NCBI GenBank assembly: GCA_965541585.1
Contig: CBEUCH010000012.1
Span: 32,001 to 96,000 of the forward strand
Reading direction: 5' to 3'
Source of the DNA: an uncultured bacterium
GTDB taxonomy: Bacteria; Zixibacteria; MSB-5A5; UBA10806
Length of the DNA stretch: 64,000 bases
The translations under genes and the position numbers were made by a program. Shown piece by piece: positions 1 through 10,367 of the stretch (position 1 is the stretch's first letter; the number at the start of each line of letters is the position of its first letter). A model generated the notes under the pieces. The model ran no database searches, was not told where the DNA came from, and saw only the letters and a program-made list of their open reading frames with translations.

Positions 1-949
1 CTATATCCCCCACTATACAAACGAATTCGGGGGGCATATCCCAGGTATCATAAGCATTCTGAATATAGCTTTTTACTTCTTCTCTTGAGGGTGAACTGCC
101 GTTGGGATCGATATCGGAGGCGGAGGCGATAACAACATCGTAACCTTTCAGATGTTTCCAACGCCCCAGAACGGCCGCCGTATCTTCAAAAACATCAGGC
201 GTCAGAATGAGATAACCGCCCCTGACCGGTTCATAGGCGGCCAGAAGCTCATCGGCGTTCGGGGCCATGGCTCGATACAATGGCAAAAATGATTCGGAGA
301 TTCTATTTGATCGGCGGGTCTTCGCATTGCGTTCATCGAAACCTTCGTAAACCAGGTTATAGTCGATGCTGGTATAAACCTTAAGCTGCCTGGTGACCGG
401 ATTGTACTGAATGGGACTTATCACTACTTGAATCATTCTGAGATCCCGGCAAACGAGGGGCTCTCCGAGATCTACAACCTGAGATGGATAGAATTGATCT
501 CTCTGGTAAAAATCCTCATCTATAACAAAGGGTAGCATTTCATCGGAGCCCTCGAGAGTCGGAGTTTGTGTCGGCATGATGTCGTAATCCTCGATAATCT
601 CAAAGGACGACGATACAATTTCCACCCTCACGCCGGATTGGTCGGGGATTCCTACCAGATGAGCATATAACGGAAGATCCGGTAGTCCTTCCTCGGCTGT
701 CTCTCCATACTTCTCGATATCGGGCGCAATCGGCGTTACCGTCTGATACGTTTTCCCATCAAGCTCCGCGTCATTGATCCCGACACCGGCCAGCCTGAAA
801 CCCAGATCGGTTCCGGACTGACTGGAATTAAACATCTGCATGGATGGCACATCGAGGTTCGCCGGTTCCAGAATATGATTGTCCGTGCCCGCGGATACCA
901 TCGCCAGCGGCAAGCAAAGAAACGCCGATAGATAAAGCGCCATTTTCAT
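1..949 (-). CDS. C25 family cysteine peptidase (gingipain-like) with propeptide, 5' part only (runs off window start)
   Basis: Not in ORF track; my translation from ATG 949 (SD AGGAGAG) gives MKMALYLSAFLCLPLAMVSAG (signal peptide)...GLPDLP...PIQYNPVTRQLKVY (C25 propeptide-like)...YLILTPD...WKHLKGYDV...PPEFVCIVGD (start of C25 catalytic domain). Confidence 0.85.
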   Translation of the reverse strand, partial: MKMALYLSAFLCLPLAMVSAGTDNHILEPANLDVPSMQMFNSSQSGTDLGFRLAGVGINDAELDGKTYQTVTPIAPDIEKYGETAEEGLPDLPLYAHLVGIPDQSGVRVEIVSSSFEIIEDYDIMPTQTPTLEGSDEMLPFVIDEDFYQRDQFYPSQVVDLGEPLVCRDLRMIQVVISPIQYNPVTRQLKVYTSIDYNLVYEGFDERNAKTRRSNRISESFLPLYRAMAPNADELLAAYEPVRGGYLILTPDVFEDTAAVLGRWKHLKGYDVVIASASDIDPNGSSPSREEVKSYIQNAYDTWDMPPEFVCIVGDI

Positions 950-1068
950 GATACTCTCCTGTCCATCAAACCTTGTTTTTCAAGATACCGTCAACTTCAT
1001 GGGCTGAGATCCTTCTTAAGTTGCCCGTAGAATAAACAACATGGGTGCATTCATAATTCCACTTATCG

Positions 1069-2490
1069 TCAGCATCGTCCTCCCGTATAGGCAGCCCCTC
1101 GCCTTTTGATAATAGCGACCGTGCCGAAAGCCAACAATATCAGCACCATAATAATCATGCCCCATTCCGAGAGAGTTGGTACCAACTGCGGATTTGTGGG
1201 GACTAAAAGAACGTCGACCTCCGTGGGGCCGCCGCCTGTGACAACGACATTTCCTATAGTCTGGGTGAAGTAATCGTCTTTGAGAAACTTCAGTGTATAG
1301 CTTCCCGGCGCCAGCAGCCGGCGATAACGTCCGTAATCCGGCCTGGATAATCGGGGATTGATATCGGCGTTAATATGCTCGAGAACCTGCACCTCCGCCT
1401 CGATCGGCAGCAACGTGAAAGAATCACGGATGATCCCGGTTATGCCGGGGCCCAGAGCCCTCTGGAGAAGATAATACTGCCCCGGAAGATGAGCGGTAAT
1501 TATGGCGTCCACCAGCGCAGGATCCTGAATCGTGGTGTCGGAAACCTCCACCGAAAAGGCTGCGGTTCCGAAGTTGCCGTAGAAATATGTCTTGAAATCG
1601 CCTTTGTTGACCAGAGCCCTCCTGGCCGTGTAGGTGCCCGTGGCGGAATCATCTGGTATGGCTTCTATTAAAGACGTAAACGATTGACAGATAGATTGCA
1701 TCAGGGTTTCATCGGGGCCGAAACCGTGACCGCCTTCATTGGCATACCAGTACCATGGATAATACGCTACATTGGGTCTGCCGTAGGTTGGTGAATGATA
1801 ATCCAGCGCCACCAGCGGCCTATACGTCCAAGCGAACTCCGCCATGGCGATATTCTCTGCCTGTGTGAAGGGGGCTTCCCCCTTATAAGTGAGTGATTCC
1901 GGGGTGGTGGCGTTGAGGCCATCGTCTATCCACCAGCCAAAGTTGTAGTTGCGGTTGTTGTCGACGCCGTCGTGAAAATCGAATATCCCGTTGTTGTCGT
2001 TGTCACATTTGTTTTTGCGCCATTCGGTATCTCCCTCCTCCACCACTATATGCCCCTCAGGATTGATGAAGGGGATGCAGAATATTTCGAGGCTGGTGAC
2101 GTACGCCACCACATCGGGATCTCCCTCATCGTACCGAGTTATTATATCCTGAATAAAATTCATGACGACTTCCACGCCCAATACCTCGTCGGCGTGAACT
2201 CCGCTGCAATAGAAGATCGCCGGTTCGTCCTCGTCAATCTCAACGTTGTCTGAAATCTTGACTCTCAGCATGGGGATGGCGTCACGCGTGGAATAACCCA
2301 TGGTATCCAGCTTGCAGATTTCCGGATGACCTTCCTGAAGATCTGTCAGAGTCTGCAGAGCATCGCTGTACCTGGTATATATTTCAGGAAGTTGAGCGCC
2401 TGAATCAGATGACACTGATATGGAAACCGAGACGATTAGAATTAATCGGCAAAGTTTCTTTACGGCTTCCTGCCCTTCTTTTCCCATCAT
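1069..2490 (-). CDS. M14 zinc carboxypeptidase with carboxypeptidase regulatory-like domain and IPTL-CTERM sorting tail
   Basis: HADE zinc motif, NPEG, WRKN, GVDNNRNY, DYHS; C-terminal VPTLSEWG + TM helix + KRR. Confidence 0.9.
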   Translation of the reverse strand: MMGKEGQEAVKKLCRLILIVSVSISVSSDSGAQLPEIYTRYSDALQTLTDLQEGHPEICKLDTMGYSTRDAIPMLRVKISDNVEIDEDEPAIFYCSGVHADEVLGVEVVMNFIQDIITRYDEGDPDVVAYVTSLEIFCIPFINPEGHIVVEEGDTEWRKNKCDNDNNGIFDFHDGVDNNRNYNFGWWIDDGLNATTPESLTYKGEAPFTQAENIAMAEFAWTYRPLVALDYHSPTYGRPNVAYYPWYWYANEGGHGFGPDETLMQSICQSFTSLIEAIPDDSATGTYTARRALVNKGDFKTYFYGNFGTAAFSVEVSDTTIQDPALVDAIITAHLPGQYYLLQRALGPGITGIIRDSFTLLPIEAEVQVLEHINADINPRLSRPDYGRYRRLLAPGSYTLKFLKDDYFTQTIGNVVVTGGGPTEVDVLLVPTNPQLVPTLSEWGMIIMVLILLAFGTVAIIKRRGAAYTGGRC

Positions 2491-2733
2491 CTGTAAGAAG
2501 GCTTTGAGTTCATTTTTTCTACTTGAGAAAGAAACAAAAACCCATCAATAAGGATGCCTGAGGCACGTCCCTACCACTAAGTTATATATTCTCGCTATAT
2601 TGTCAAGCGTTTAGCCATGTTGGCCTTTTCGGCTCGCTATGGCGCCACTAACCCCGTGAGATTATTAGCGTTATCAGATTTCGATCGAATTAAATCGGAC
2701 AGGTTTCGGGGGAAGGCAAATCTCAGAGCTTGA

Positions 2734-3141
2734 TTACAGAATTCCCAGAGCTGATGAGGCTTTCTCAACATCGGAGGCATCCACCCAGATGAAGGAGCCG
2801 AATTGCCCGCCAACTGCAACAGCATTAATAGAGTTGATATTGATACCGAGGCCAGCGAGAGCTTCCAGACTATCAATTAATGCACCGGTGCGATCCTCTC
2901 CTGCCATAAAAAAACCGGTACCTTCTCCAGCTTGAAGTCCGGCAGCCGTCCATACATCTTTCAGCTCTTCCGACTTTTCAGAGAAGACATATAGTTTTGC
3001 CTTACCTTCCCGGGTGCCGAATCCCCAGAGCCAGGTCAGGCCGATGCTGTTGGCTTTAAGGTCTTGCATTATCTTTAGAAGTGCCCCCGGCTTATCCTCA
3101 AGATCCGCCACATAATAAGTCGCTCGCCTAACCTTGGCCAT
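2734..3141 (-). CDS. ACT-domain protein (two ACT-like repeats)
   Basis: LEDKPGAL and EDRTGAL...GINI motifs; SD GAGGAG upstream. Confidence 0.75.
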   Translation of the reverse strand: MAKVRRATYYVADLEDKPGALLKIMQDLKANSIGLTWLWGFGTREGKAKLYVFSEKSEELKDVWTAAGLQAGEGTGFFMAGEDRTGALIDSLEALAGLGININSINAVAVGGQFGSFIWVDASDVEKASSALGIL

Positions 3142-3324
3142 CCGCTCCTCCTCTTAAGATGTAATTGTCCGCCCAAGACTGTCCAACCCAGAGTTAGTAG
3201 GATATTATATGATGCGGTCGTAAATCAAGGAAAAACATCGCAATGGATACTGCATATGCCTAAATATGGTTCTGTCATTTGCAGCCGGCGTGTTTCCGAG
3301 CCGTTTTTTTCGCGGGCTCGTCTA

Positions 3325-3353
3325 TTTCCGCTGATCCCCCGTTAGTGGAAACG
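3325..3353. repeat. Palindrome TTTCCGCTGA-N7-TTAGTGGAAACG (copy 1, degenerate)
   Basis: Right arm is identical to the right arm of the perfect palindrome at 7624-7654. Confidence 0.6.
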
Positions 3354-3380
3354 AAAAAGCCCCGACCGAAGCCGGGGCTT
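3354..3380 (-). terminator. Intrinsic terminator
   Basis: AAGCCCCG-N8-CGGGGCTT stem followed by a T-run on the minus strand. Confidence 0.7.
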
Positions 3381-3417
3381 GATGCAATCAATTTTGGCCT
3401 TCAACTTGAGGAAAGGA

Positions 3418-3550
3418 TCACCTCAGCTACACCATCCTCTTCGTCTCAGCATATTTCCCGCCTGAATCCTGTAGAAATACAGGCCGGAGGATTCATCTTT
3501 AGCATCCCACACAACCTGATGACAACCAGCCGCCTGATTTCCGTGAATCA
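3418..3550 (-). pseudogene. Relic of a T9SS type-A/FlgD-Ig C-terminal sorting domain
   Basis: HGNQAAGCHQVVWDAKDESSGLYFYRIQAG, then after a 1-nt frameshift YAETKRMV*LR* (typical tail YAETKRMVLLR with an internal TAG). Confidence 0.75.
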
Positions 3551-3756
3551 TCATACAAGTTTGAAAATAAATGAGTTGACAATATGAGACATTTCTGTAA
3601 ATTAATGATGGATTAAATGGGTAGATAAAGTCCTCATTCATTGGGCTTCTTGGGATACGTTGAAAATATGGACAAGCCGTGTTTTTGAAACCTTTATATG
3701 GGAAATCTCGGGCAAACCCGAATACCAAACAAACACTTATTAAGGAGGCTTCTTCC

Positions 3757-5613
3757 ATGAAACACTTTAATCGCGCAATGCTAACTCTGGCATTCGCTCT
3801 TCTAGCGCTGACGTCGATAGGTATTCCGGTTTCGGCTACCGAGATTCCGCGAATGATCAGCTACCAGGGGATGATAACGGACAGCGAAGGCGACCCTGTG
3901 ACGCAGCCAGGGCTTAGTTTCCGATTTCTGATCTTTGATGACCCCATCGCTGGTGATCCAGGATCAGCCCTTTGGATTGAAGTCACTGAGAAAGACGTAG
4001 TGGATGGTCTCGTGACCCACAATATGGGTTCACTAATCCCCATGCCGGATAACCTGTTTACCGAGTTTGACGAACTCTGGCTTGAAGTATGGGTGGACGG
4101 AGAGGCGATTGAGCCGCGCACACGCATCGTGTCGTCCGCATATGCCTTCCGCGTGTCTACAATTGACTCGGCTACGGGAGGAGCCATCACTGGTGATGTG
4201 AGCATCGATGGTCGCCTTAATGTCGAACAAAGCGGAACGGGGGGTGATGCCGGGTATTTCTGGATCTCCGACGCCGGTAACAACTCTAATGCGGTAACAG
4301 GTTTTACCATGGGTACGGGAGCGGGCGGTTATTTCGCTAATAATTTGGGGGGTACTGGCCTGATCGCTTATGGCGATGCACAGGCTATTCAGTGCTTAAG
4401 CATTCTCGGCACCGGCGTCTATGCCGTGAGCGCCAGTCTCGCTGATCTCGCCAAGGCCGTTCACGGGGAGATTTCGAATTCGAATCCGGGGGCCTATTCT
4501 GCAGCTGTACGAGGTGAGAACAAGGGAACCGGCGGTTTAGGAATCGGCGTCTGGGGTTCCCACGACGGCAGCGGATACGGGGTCTATGGCACCGCCACCA
4601 CCGGTGTCGCAGGGTACTTTGTGACCTCAGGCGGGGGCGCACCGTCGCTCTACGCTCGAACCGAGGGCACTGGCGATGCCGGCCAGTTCCAAGGAGGTGA
4701 TATTTCGGTTAAAGATGCCACTGGCGCGGAGACGGTGGAGATTGCCCCCAGCGAGGGAAGTACCGGCGCTCAGATTGTTCTGCGCGAGGCTGACGGAACT
4801 ACTAATGGTATCGTCATGGACGCGGAATGGGTAGACGGGCCCGACAGATATGGCCGGATTGATTTGTACCAGGCAGGCAACAATACCGTCGTGATTCGAG
4901 CAGGCGAATCTCCTTTCACCGGCGGCGAGATCAGGCTCCGCGAGGCTGACGGAACTACTAATGGCGTCATCATAGATGGGGAAAAAGTAGACGACGTCAA
5001 CCATGGCCAGATTGATCTGTACATGGGCGGCACCAGAACCATCTCAATCGAAGGGGGCGAAGAGTCCACCGGCGGCCAGATCAGGCTGCGCAAGGCTGAT
5101 GGAACCCCCACTATTACACTGGATGCAGAGTTAGGGCTCGGCGGCGATGGGAGAATAACAACCGATGAGCTTCAGATCACCGGCGGCTCTGACCTCTCGG
5201 AACAATTCGATATACACAGTCTTGTTGGAAATGAACCTCCCTCTGCAGGAATGGTTGTTTGTATTGATCCGCAGAAAACGGGCGAACTGGTGGTCAGCAG
5301 TAGAGCTTATGATCCGACAGTCGCCGGAATCATCAGTGGCGCCGGCGGTATCAAGCCGGGCATGCTGATGGGTCAGCGGGGAACCGCAGGCGATGGTCAG
5401 TTTGCTGTGGCGCTGACGGGTCGGGTCTACTGCCGGGCTGATGCCTCCCATGGAACAATCAAACCAGGCGACCTGCTGACGACATCTTATACTCCGGGCC
5501 ACGCCATGAAAGTCACTGACTTCTCCAGCTCTCAGGGCGCAATAATCGGCAAAGCCATGTCCTCACTTCAAGAGGGCAAAGGTCTGGTCCTGGTCTTGGT
5601 GAGCTTGCAGTGA
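3757..5613 (+). CDS. Secreted Gly-rich fibre-like (probable beta-helical) protein with C-terminal intramolecular-chaperone-like domain
   Basis: SD AAGGAGG then MKHFNR signal peptide; IPRMISYQG N-domain; GVYG repeats; three GG(E/Q)IRLR(E/K)ADGT-like repeats; GSDLSEQF...VALTGRV...GAIIGKAM C-terminus. Confidence 0.65.
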   Translation: MKHFNRAMLTLAFALLALTSIGIPVSATEIPRMISYQGMITDSEGDPVTQPGLSFRFLIFDDPIAGDPGSALWIEVTEKDVVDGLVTHNMGSLIPMPDNLFTEFDELWLEVWVDGEAIEPRTRIVSSAYAFRVSTIDSATGGAITGDVSIDGRLNVEQSGTGGDAGYFWISDAGNNSNAVTGFTMGTGAGGYFANNLGGTGLIAYGDAQAIQCLSILGTGVYAVSASLADLAKAVHGEISNSNPGAYSAAVRGENKGTGGLGIGVWGSHDGSGYGVYGTATTGVAGYFVTSGGGAPSLYARTEGTGDAGQFQGGDISVKDATGAETVEIAPSEGSTGAQIVLREADGTTNGIVMDAEWVDGPDRYGRIDLYQAGNNTVVIRAGESPFTGGEIRLREADGTTNGVIIDGEKVDDVNHGQIDLYMGGTRTISIEGGEESTGGQIRLRKADGTPTITLDAELGLGGDGRITTDELQITGGSDLSEQFDIHSLVGNEPPSAGMVVCIDPQKTGELVVSSRAYDPTVAGIISGAGGIKPGMLMGQRGTAGDGQFAVALTGRVYCRADASHGTIKPGDLLTTSYTPGHAMKVTDFSSSQGAIIGKAMSSLQEGKGLVLVLVSLQ

Positions 5614-5635
5614 GCCGGTGAGAGGAGTTTTAAGG

Positions 5636-7498
5636 ATGAAAACAACCAACAAAATGAAAAGTTTTTTCGCACTGAGTGTAGTCCTGTGCTCGGCTGTAAT
5701 TGCGCTATTGGCGAGTCAGGCTTGGGCGCAACAGATACCTCAAGCCCCGCCTCCTCGCCATCCGGCCAAGGACCTGCCCATGCCTGCCGGTCTCTACGAC
5801 CTGGACTATGGGGTGAGGGTAGAGGGCGCTGATGCCGCCAGCATAATCCTTAAGAAGGGATTTATCGCTCGTGCAGATGGCAAAATAAACGTCGAGATTA
5901 TCAACCAAAAAGGACCGGAGCACGTTGATCCGGAACTTGTCACCCGGTCTGGAGGTGAGGTTGACGCCACCTGGCATAATCGAGTCAGCGCCTGGATTCC
6001 TCCTGACCAGATGATCGCTCTAGCCAGAAGGCTGCCGGCAGGGTTTTACATGGAAGATGTGTGCGCGGGGGGATTGGATGACGAGGGCCCGGGAGTGATC
6101 GGCTCGGATGCCTACCGGGACGCTGGAGCAGATGGCTCTGGAATAAAGATTGCCGTCATAGATAGCGGCTTTGACAGTTTGATACAAGCACAAAACGCGG
6201 GAGCTGCACCGCCGACTTTTGGCGATACGGATACAGTGGATTTCGCAGGTGGGGGAATCATTTCGGGGAGCCGTCATGGCTGCGGTTGCCTTGAGATGGT
6301 ATATGATCATGCGCCCGGAGCTACCTACTACCTTTACCGGGTTAACGGTGGAAACATAACGCATCTGGGCAATGCCGTGGACAGCGCAATTGCCAAGGGT
6401 GTTAATATTATCACGCTCTCGCAAAGTTATTACAATCAGGGGTGGGAGGACAACTCAGGTGGGGCCTGTGACGCCGCTGCCGCTGCCACGGCCGCCGGGA
6501 TGCTGTTCTTCACTTCGGCGGGCAATCGCGCCAAAGACCACTGGCAGGGTGATCTCAGCCCAACCGTAACTGGCTGGCACAAGTGGGCGGCAAGTGGTGA
6601 TGTTACCATAGATATTGTCATGGACTCCGGCGACACTGACAATTTTCGCTTATCCTGGGATACTACCGGTGATGTTTACGATTACAATTTATACCTGTAT
6701 AACTCGACTCTTGACTCTGTGTTGGCCAGTGATCTCGAGCCTGGCAACAACTTCGAGGAATTCAGTTGGACGAATAACATAGGTGACGATCTGACGGTTA
6801 AACTCATGGTCTGGCGGGCGAGAGGAGGTATTACCGAGATGGAGGTTTTCGAGAGCAAGAGTGGGACCTGGCAGGAGGAGCATAGAGTTTCCGAGGGCTC
6901 CACGACGTCACCCAGCAACAGCACCGAACCCAACTGCATATCGGTCGGCGCCGTTGATTGGGATGTTTTCACCTCCCCACCGGGTACGGATAATATCATT
7001 AAGTCTTATAGCAGCCAGGGGCCAACCAATGAAGGCGGCACCCGACCCAAATTGTGTGGACCAACGAATTGCTCATCCGTGTCCTACCCGGGCAGTAGCG
7101 GCTTCACAGGTACCAGTGCCGCCACACCCAACGCCGCCGGAGCGGCGGCGGCCTTTTGGTCCAGCGCACCATTTCTCAGCGCTTCGTCCGTCAGGTATCT
7201 GCTGTTTGAAAAGGGAGAGATCTTCAAAGATTGGGGTTCCGGGGGTAATGACAATATATACGGCCGTGGAGGTGTCGCACTACACACCTACCACGACAAT
7301 ACCGTCTGGGTTGACCGACGATATGGAAACACCTTCGGGTTTGCCGATCAACCTTTCTATTATGTATCTGATGCCGAGTCATGGGCCACAACCGGAGGGA
7401 GAATCGTTTTCCTGGGACAGAGCTATCCGGAGGTGATCACTCTAACCAAGGAGTTGCTCTATGAGACCATTGGCTGGCCGGCGCTGCTGGGAGATTAG
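5636..7498 (+). CDS. S8 family (subtilisin-like) serine peptidase, secreted
   Basis: AVIDSG, HG, SAGN, GTSAATP catalytic motifs; signal peptide. Confidence 0.9.
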   Translation: MKTTNKMKSFFALSVVLCSAVIALLASQAWAQQIPQAPPPRHPAKDLPMPAGLYDLDYGVRVEGADAASIILKKGFIARADGKINVEIINQKGPEHVDPELVTRSGGEVDATWHNRVSAWIPPDQMIALARRLPAGFYMEDVCAGGLDDEGPGVIGSDAYRDAGADGSGIKIAVIDSGFDSLIQAQNAGAAPPTFGDTDTVDFAGGGIISGSRHGCGCLEMVYDHAPGATYYLYRVNGGNITHLGNAVDSAIAKGVNIITLSQSYYNQGWEDNSGGACDAAAAATAAGMLFFTSAGNRAKDHWQGDLSPTVTGWHKWAASGDVTIDIVMDSGDTDNFRLSWDTTGDVYDYNLYLYNSTLDSVLASDLEPGNNFEEFSWTNNIGDDLTVKLMVWRARGGITEMEVFESKSGTWQEEHRVSEGSTTSPSNSTEPNCISVGAVDWDVFTSPPGTDNIIKSYSSQGPTNEGGTRPKLCGPTNCSSVSYPGSSGFTGTSAATPNAAGAAAAFWSSAPFLSASSVRYLLFEKGEIFKDWGSGGNDNIYGRGGVALHTYHDNTVWVDRRYGNTFGFADQPFYYVSDAESWATTGGRIVFLGQSYPEVITLTKELLYETIGWPALLGD

Positions 7499-7623
7499 GC
7501 CGAAATGCATATGTATCCCACCTCTTTGGGATGCGATAAGTATGCTAAGATAGATTACCAAATATCGAGTTCGTCTTTGATGCGGTGGGTTACCATTTCA
7601 TATTCAGGCAGCATCGTATGTGT

Positions 7624-7654
7624 CGTTTCCACTAATATCCGGTTAGTGGAAACG
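7624..7654. repeat. Perfect palindrome CGTTTCCACTAA-N7-TTAGTGGAAACG (copy 2)
   Basis: 12-bp perfect arms with 7-nt spacer, between convergent genes. Confidence 0.7.
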
Positions 7655-7672
7655 GTACGGCTGATTTCAACT

Positions 7673-10048
7673 CTATGGCGAACCGGGGCAGTCAGGGCAA
7701 CCGGAGGCGGTCATGGTTCCCCGATAGGCCGCAATCTCGGTAACTACGTCGCTGAGCTCGTTAACGACGCAGTTTCCGTTCGGATCGGCCGTAGCCGGGA
7801 AATCGTCGCCATGGGGTGGGCAGGGGCATGTGAACGGGTTGGCGGTTGTGCCTCTGTAGGTGCCGATCATGGTGACTACATCGCTGAGCTCCAGTGGAAT
7901 GGTGTTGGTGTTGCAGTCGCCGGGTATGTAATTGCAAGGTACCGGCCCTGAATTGCCAAGATTTATGAGAATCGAGACGTTATTAAGCATACCATGTGGC
8001 ACGGCCAGGTCCCTATTCCCATCACCATCAAGATCGGAGGCAAACACTGAGCGGGGATAGTCCCCAACCCCGTAATTGATCGCATCATGGAATGTCCCGT
8101 CGCCGTTGTTCATCAATATCGAGACGTTATGAGAAGCGTAGTTTACTACAGCCAAATCCTCGTCTCCATCTCCGTCAAGGTCGGAAGCAAACACCGACCA
8201 AGGATATAGCCCTGCTCTATAATTGACAGCTTCCTGGAATGTTCCGTCGCCGTTGTTAATCAATATGGAGACGTTATGAGAACCGTCATTTGCTACAGCC
8301 AGATCCTCATTCCCATCACCGTCAAGGTCGGAGGCAAACACTGAGCGGGGATAATTCCCAACCCTGTAATCGACCGGCCCCTGGAATGTACCGTCTCCAT
8401 TGTTCATCAATATCGAGATGTCACGCCCGATATCTGCCACGGCCAGATCCTCATCATCGTCACGGTCAAGATCAGAACCAAACACGAAGTGGGCGCCGTT
8501 ACCTGCCCCATAATTGACCGCCTCTTGGAATGTCCCGTCGCCGTTATTTATCAATATTGAGACGTTACTAGAACCGTAGTTTGCGGTGGCAAGATCCTTA
8601 TCCCCATCACCGTCGAGGTCAGAAATAAACACCGAGCGGGGATTTCTCCCCACTCCGTAATTTACCTTATCCTGGAATGTGCCGTCGCCGTTGTTCATCA
8701 ATATAGAAACGTCATAGGAACCGTAGTTTGCCACAGCCAGATCCTCATCCCCATCGCCGTCGAGGTCGGAAGCAAACACTGAATGAGGAAGATGCCCTGC
8801 TCCGTAGTTGATTGGGCCCTGGAATGTCCCGTCGCCGTTGTTCATCAATATCGAAACGTTACCCCCGATATTTGCTACGGCCAGATCCTTATCTCCGTCA
8901 CCGTCAAGGTCCGATGCAAACACAGAACGTGGATAGCCCCCCGCCTCGTAATTAATTTCCCTCTGGAAAGTGCCGTCGCCGTTGTTCTTTAATATCGACA
9001 CGTTGTTAGAAACACACTTCGCGACAGCCAGATCTTCATCGCCATCACTGTCAAGGTCGGATGCAAACACCGACTGTGGATAGCTCCCTGCCCAGTAATT
9101 GACCGCTTCCTGAAAGGTCCCGTCGCCATTGTTCGTCAATATCGAAACATTATAAGGACCGTAGCTCCCTGCGGCCAAGTCAGCATACCCATCACCGTTA
9201 AAGTCTGAAGCAAACAATGAGTAAGTAGCGTTCCCTGCGGAGTAAATGACAGGATCCTGAAATGTGCCGTCGCCGTTATTCATCAATATGGAGATGTAGC
9301 TATCTTCGCCAACGGCTAGATCCTCATCGCCATCTCCGTCAAAATCGGAGCCATACACTGAGCGACCCCCTGCCGCGCAATAGACCGGCGTCTGGAAAGT
9401 TCCATTGCCATTGTTCATCAATATAGAGATATAGCCAAAGCCAGTCCCTACGGCTAGGTCCCTGTCCCCATCTCCGTCGAGGTCGGAAGCAAAAACTGAA
9501 TTCGGATAATCCCCCGCCCAGTAACTGACCGCTTCCTGAAATGTCCCATCACCATAATTCATTAATATCGAGACATCATGAAGGTAATTTGCTACGATCA
9601 CGTCGCCATCTCCATCCCCATCAAGGTCGGAGATAATTACCGAGCTGGGCGAGTCGCCTGCCTCGTAATCTACACCTTCCTGAAAAATGCCATCGCCGTT
9701 ATTCATCAATATTGTAATACCGCTATTTGCGACGGCCAAGTCCTCGTCTCCATCTCCGTCAAGGTCGGAGGCATAGACCGAATTGGCACCGTTCACTACC
9801 CCATAATTGATCGGTCTCTGGAATGTACCATCCCCATTGTTCATCAGTACCGAGACGTCACTAGAACCAATATTCGCCACGGCCAGGTCTTCATCGCCAT
9901 CATCGTCAAGGTCGGAAGCAAAAACTGAATTGGGGCGGCTCCCTACGTCGTAGTCAATCCGGGTATCGAAAAGCGGTTCAAAAGCGAGAACATTTCCGGC
10001 TAATATGAAAAAAAATGTGTACATCAGAATTGCTATTATTCTATTCAT
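7673..10048 (-). CDS. FG-GAP/VCBS repeat beta-propeller protein (14 repeats) with C-terminal dockerin-like domain
   Basis: 14 DLDGDGDxDLAV-type Ca-binding repeats; tail CNYIPGDCN...LSDVV...ADPNGNC...LSDVV; signal peptide. Confidence 0.85.
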   Translation of the reverse strand: MNRIIAILMYTFFFILAGNVLAFEPLFDTRIDYDVGSRPNSVFASDLDDDGDEDLAVANIGSSDVSVLMNNGDGTFQRPINYGVVNGANSVYASDLDGDGDEDLAVANSGITILMNNGDGIFQEGVDYEAGDSPSSVIISDLDGDGDGDVIVANYLHDVSILMNYGDGTFQEAVSYWAGDYPNSVFASDLDGDGDRDLAVGTGFGYISILMNNGNGTFQTPVYCAAGGRSVYGSDFDGDGDEDLAVGEDSYISILMNNGDGTFQDPVIYSAGNATYSLFASDFNGDGYADLAAGSYGPYNVSILTNNGDGTFQEAVNYWAGSYPQSVFASDLDSDGDEDLAVAKCVSNNVSILKNNGDGTFQREINYEAGGYPRSVFASDLDGDGDKDLAVANIGGNVSILMNNGDGTFQGPINYGAGHLPHSVFASDLDGDGDEDLAVANYGSYDVSILMNNGDGTFQDKVNYGVGRNPRSVFISDLDGDGDKDLATANYGSSNVSILINNGDGTFQEAVNYGAGNGAHFVFGSDLDRDDDEDLAVADIGRDISILMNNGDGTFQGPVDYRVGNYPRSVFASDLDGDGNEDLAVANDGSHNVSILINNGDGTFQEAVNYRAGLYPWSVFASDLDGDGDEDLAVVNYASHNVSILMNNGDGTFHDAINYGVGDYPRSVFASDLDGDGNRDLAVPHGMLNNVSILINLGNSGPVPCNYIPGDCNTNTIPLELSDVVTMIGTYRGTTANPFTCPCPPHGDDFPATADPNGNCVVNELSDVVTEIAAYRGTMTASGCPDCPGSP

Positions 10049-10367
10049 CTTTTCCTCCTAAAACGTCTTTGAGTAAATGATCGACATATTAAGAAAGTAA
10101 ATCTAGTAAGGTCAACACGTACAGCCTCCTGAATTTATAGTTAATAAAAATATGGTTAGTCAAGGCTAATTTATCCTGCAAAGAGCAAAAGTCGTGCTCA
10201 GAAAAGCTTACAGATCAGCCACAGACGACTCAGTCCGGGGGATCGGATATGGTTCAAGAATAAGCCATTTCAGACTAAATGCGATATGCCCCGCTCGGCC
10301 CGATTGAACCATAGCGAGACCTCTGCCTGAATCTCGATCCTGCAGATTCCAGCTATATTATTGAATA

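Noticed and set aside
3423..3758. 111-aa ORF as an intact gene
   Set aside because: Only its 3' third is protein-like (CTD relic); the rest crosses the promoter/RBS of the plus-strand gene
7673..10048. Diversity-generating retroelement TR/VR among near-identical repeats
   Set aside because: No reverse transcriptase in the window and differences are not visibly adenine-restricted; ordinary protein repeats
10248..10313. 10-bp inverted repeat TATGGTTCAA/TTGAACCATA (MITE?)
   Set aside because: Single short instance with no target duplication or second copy
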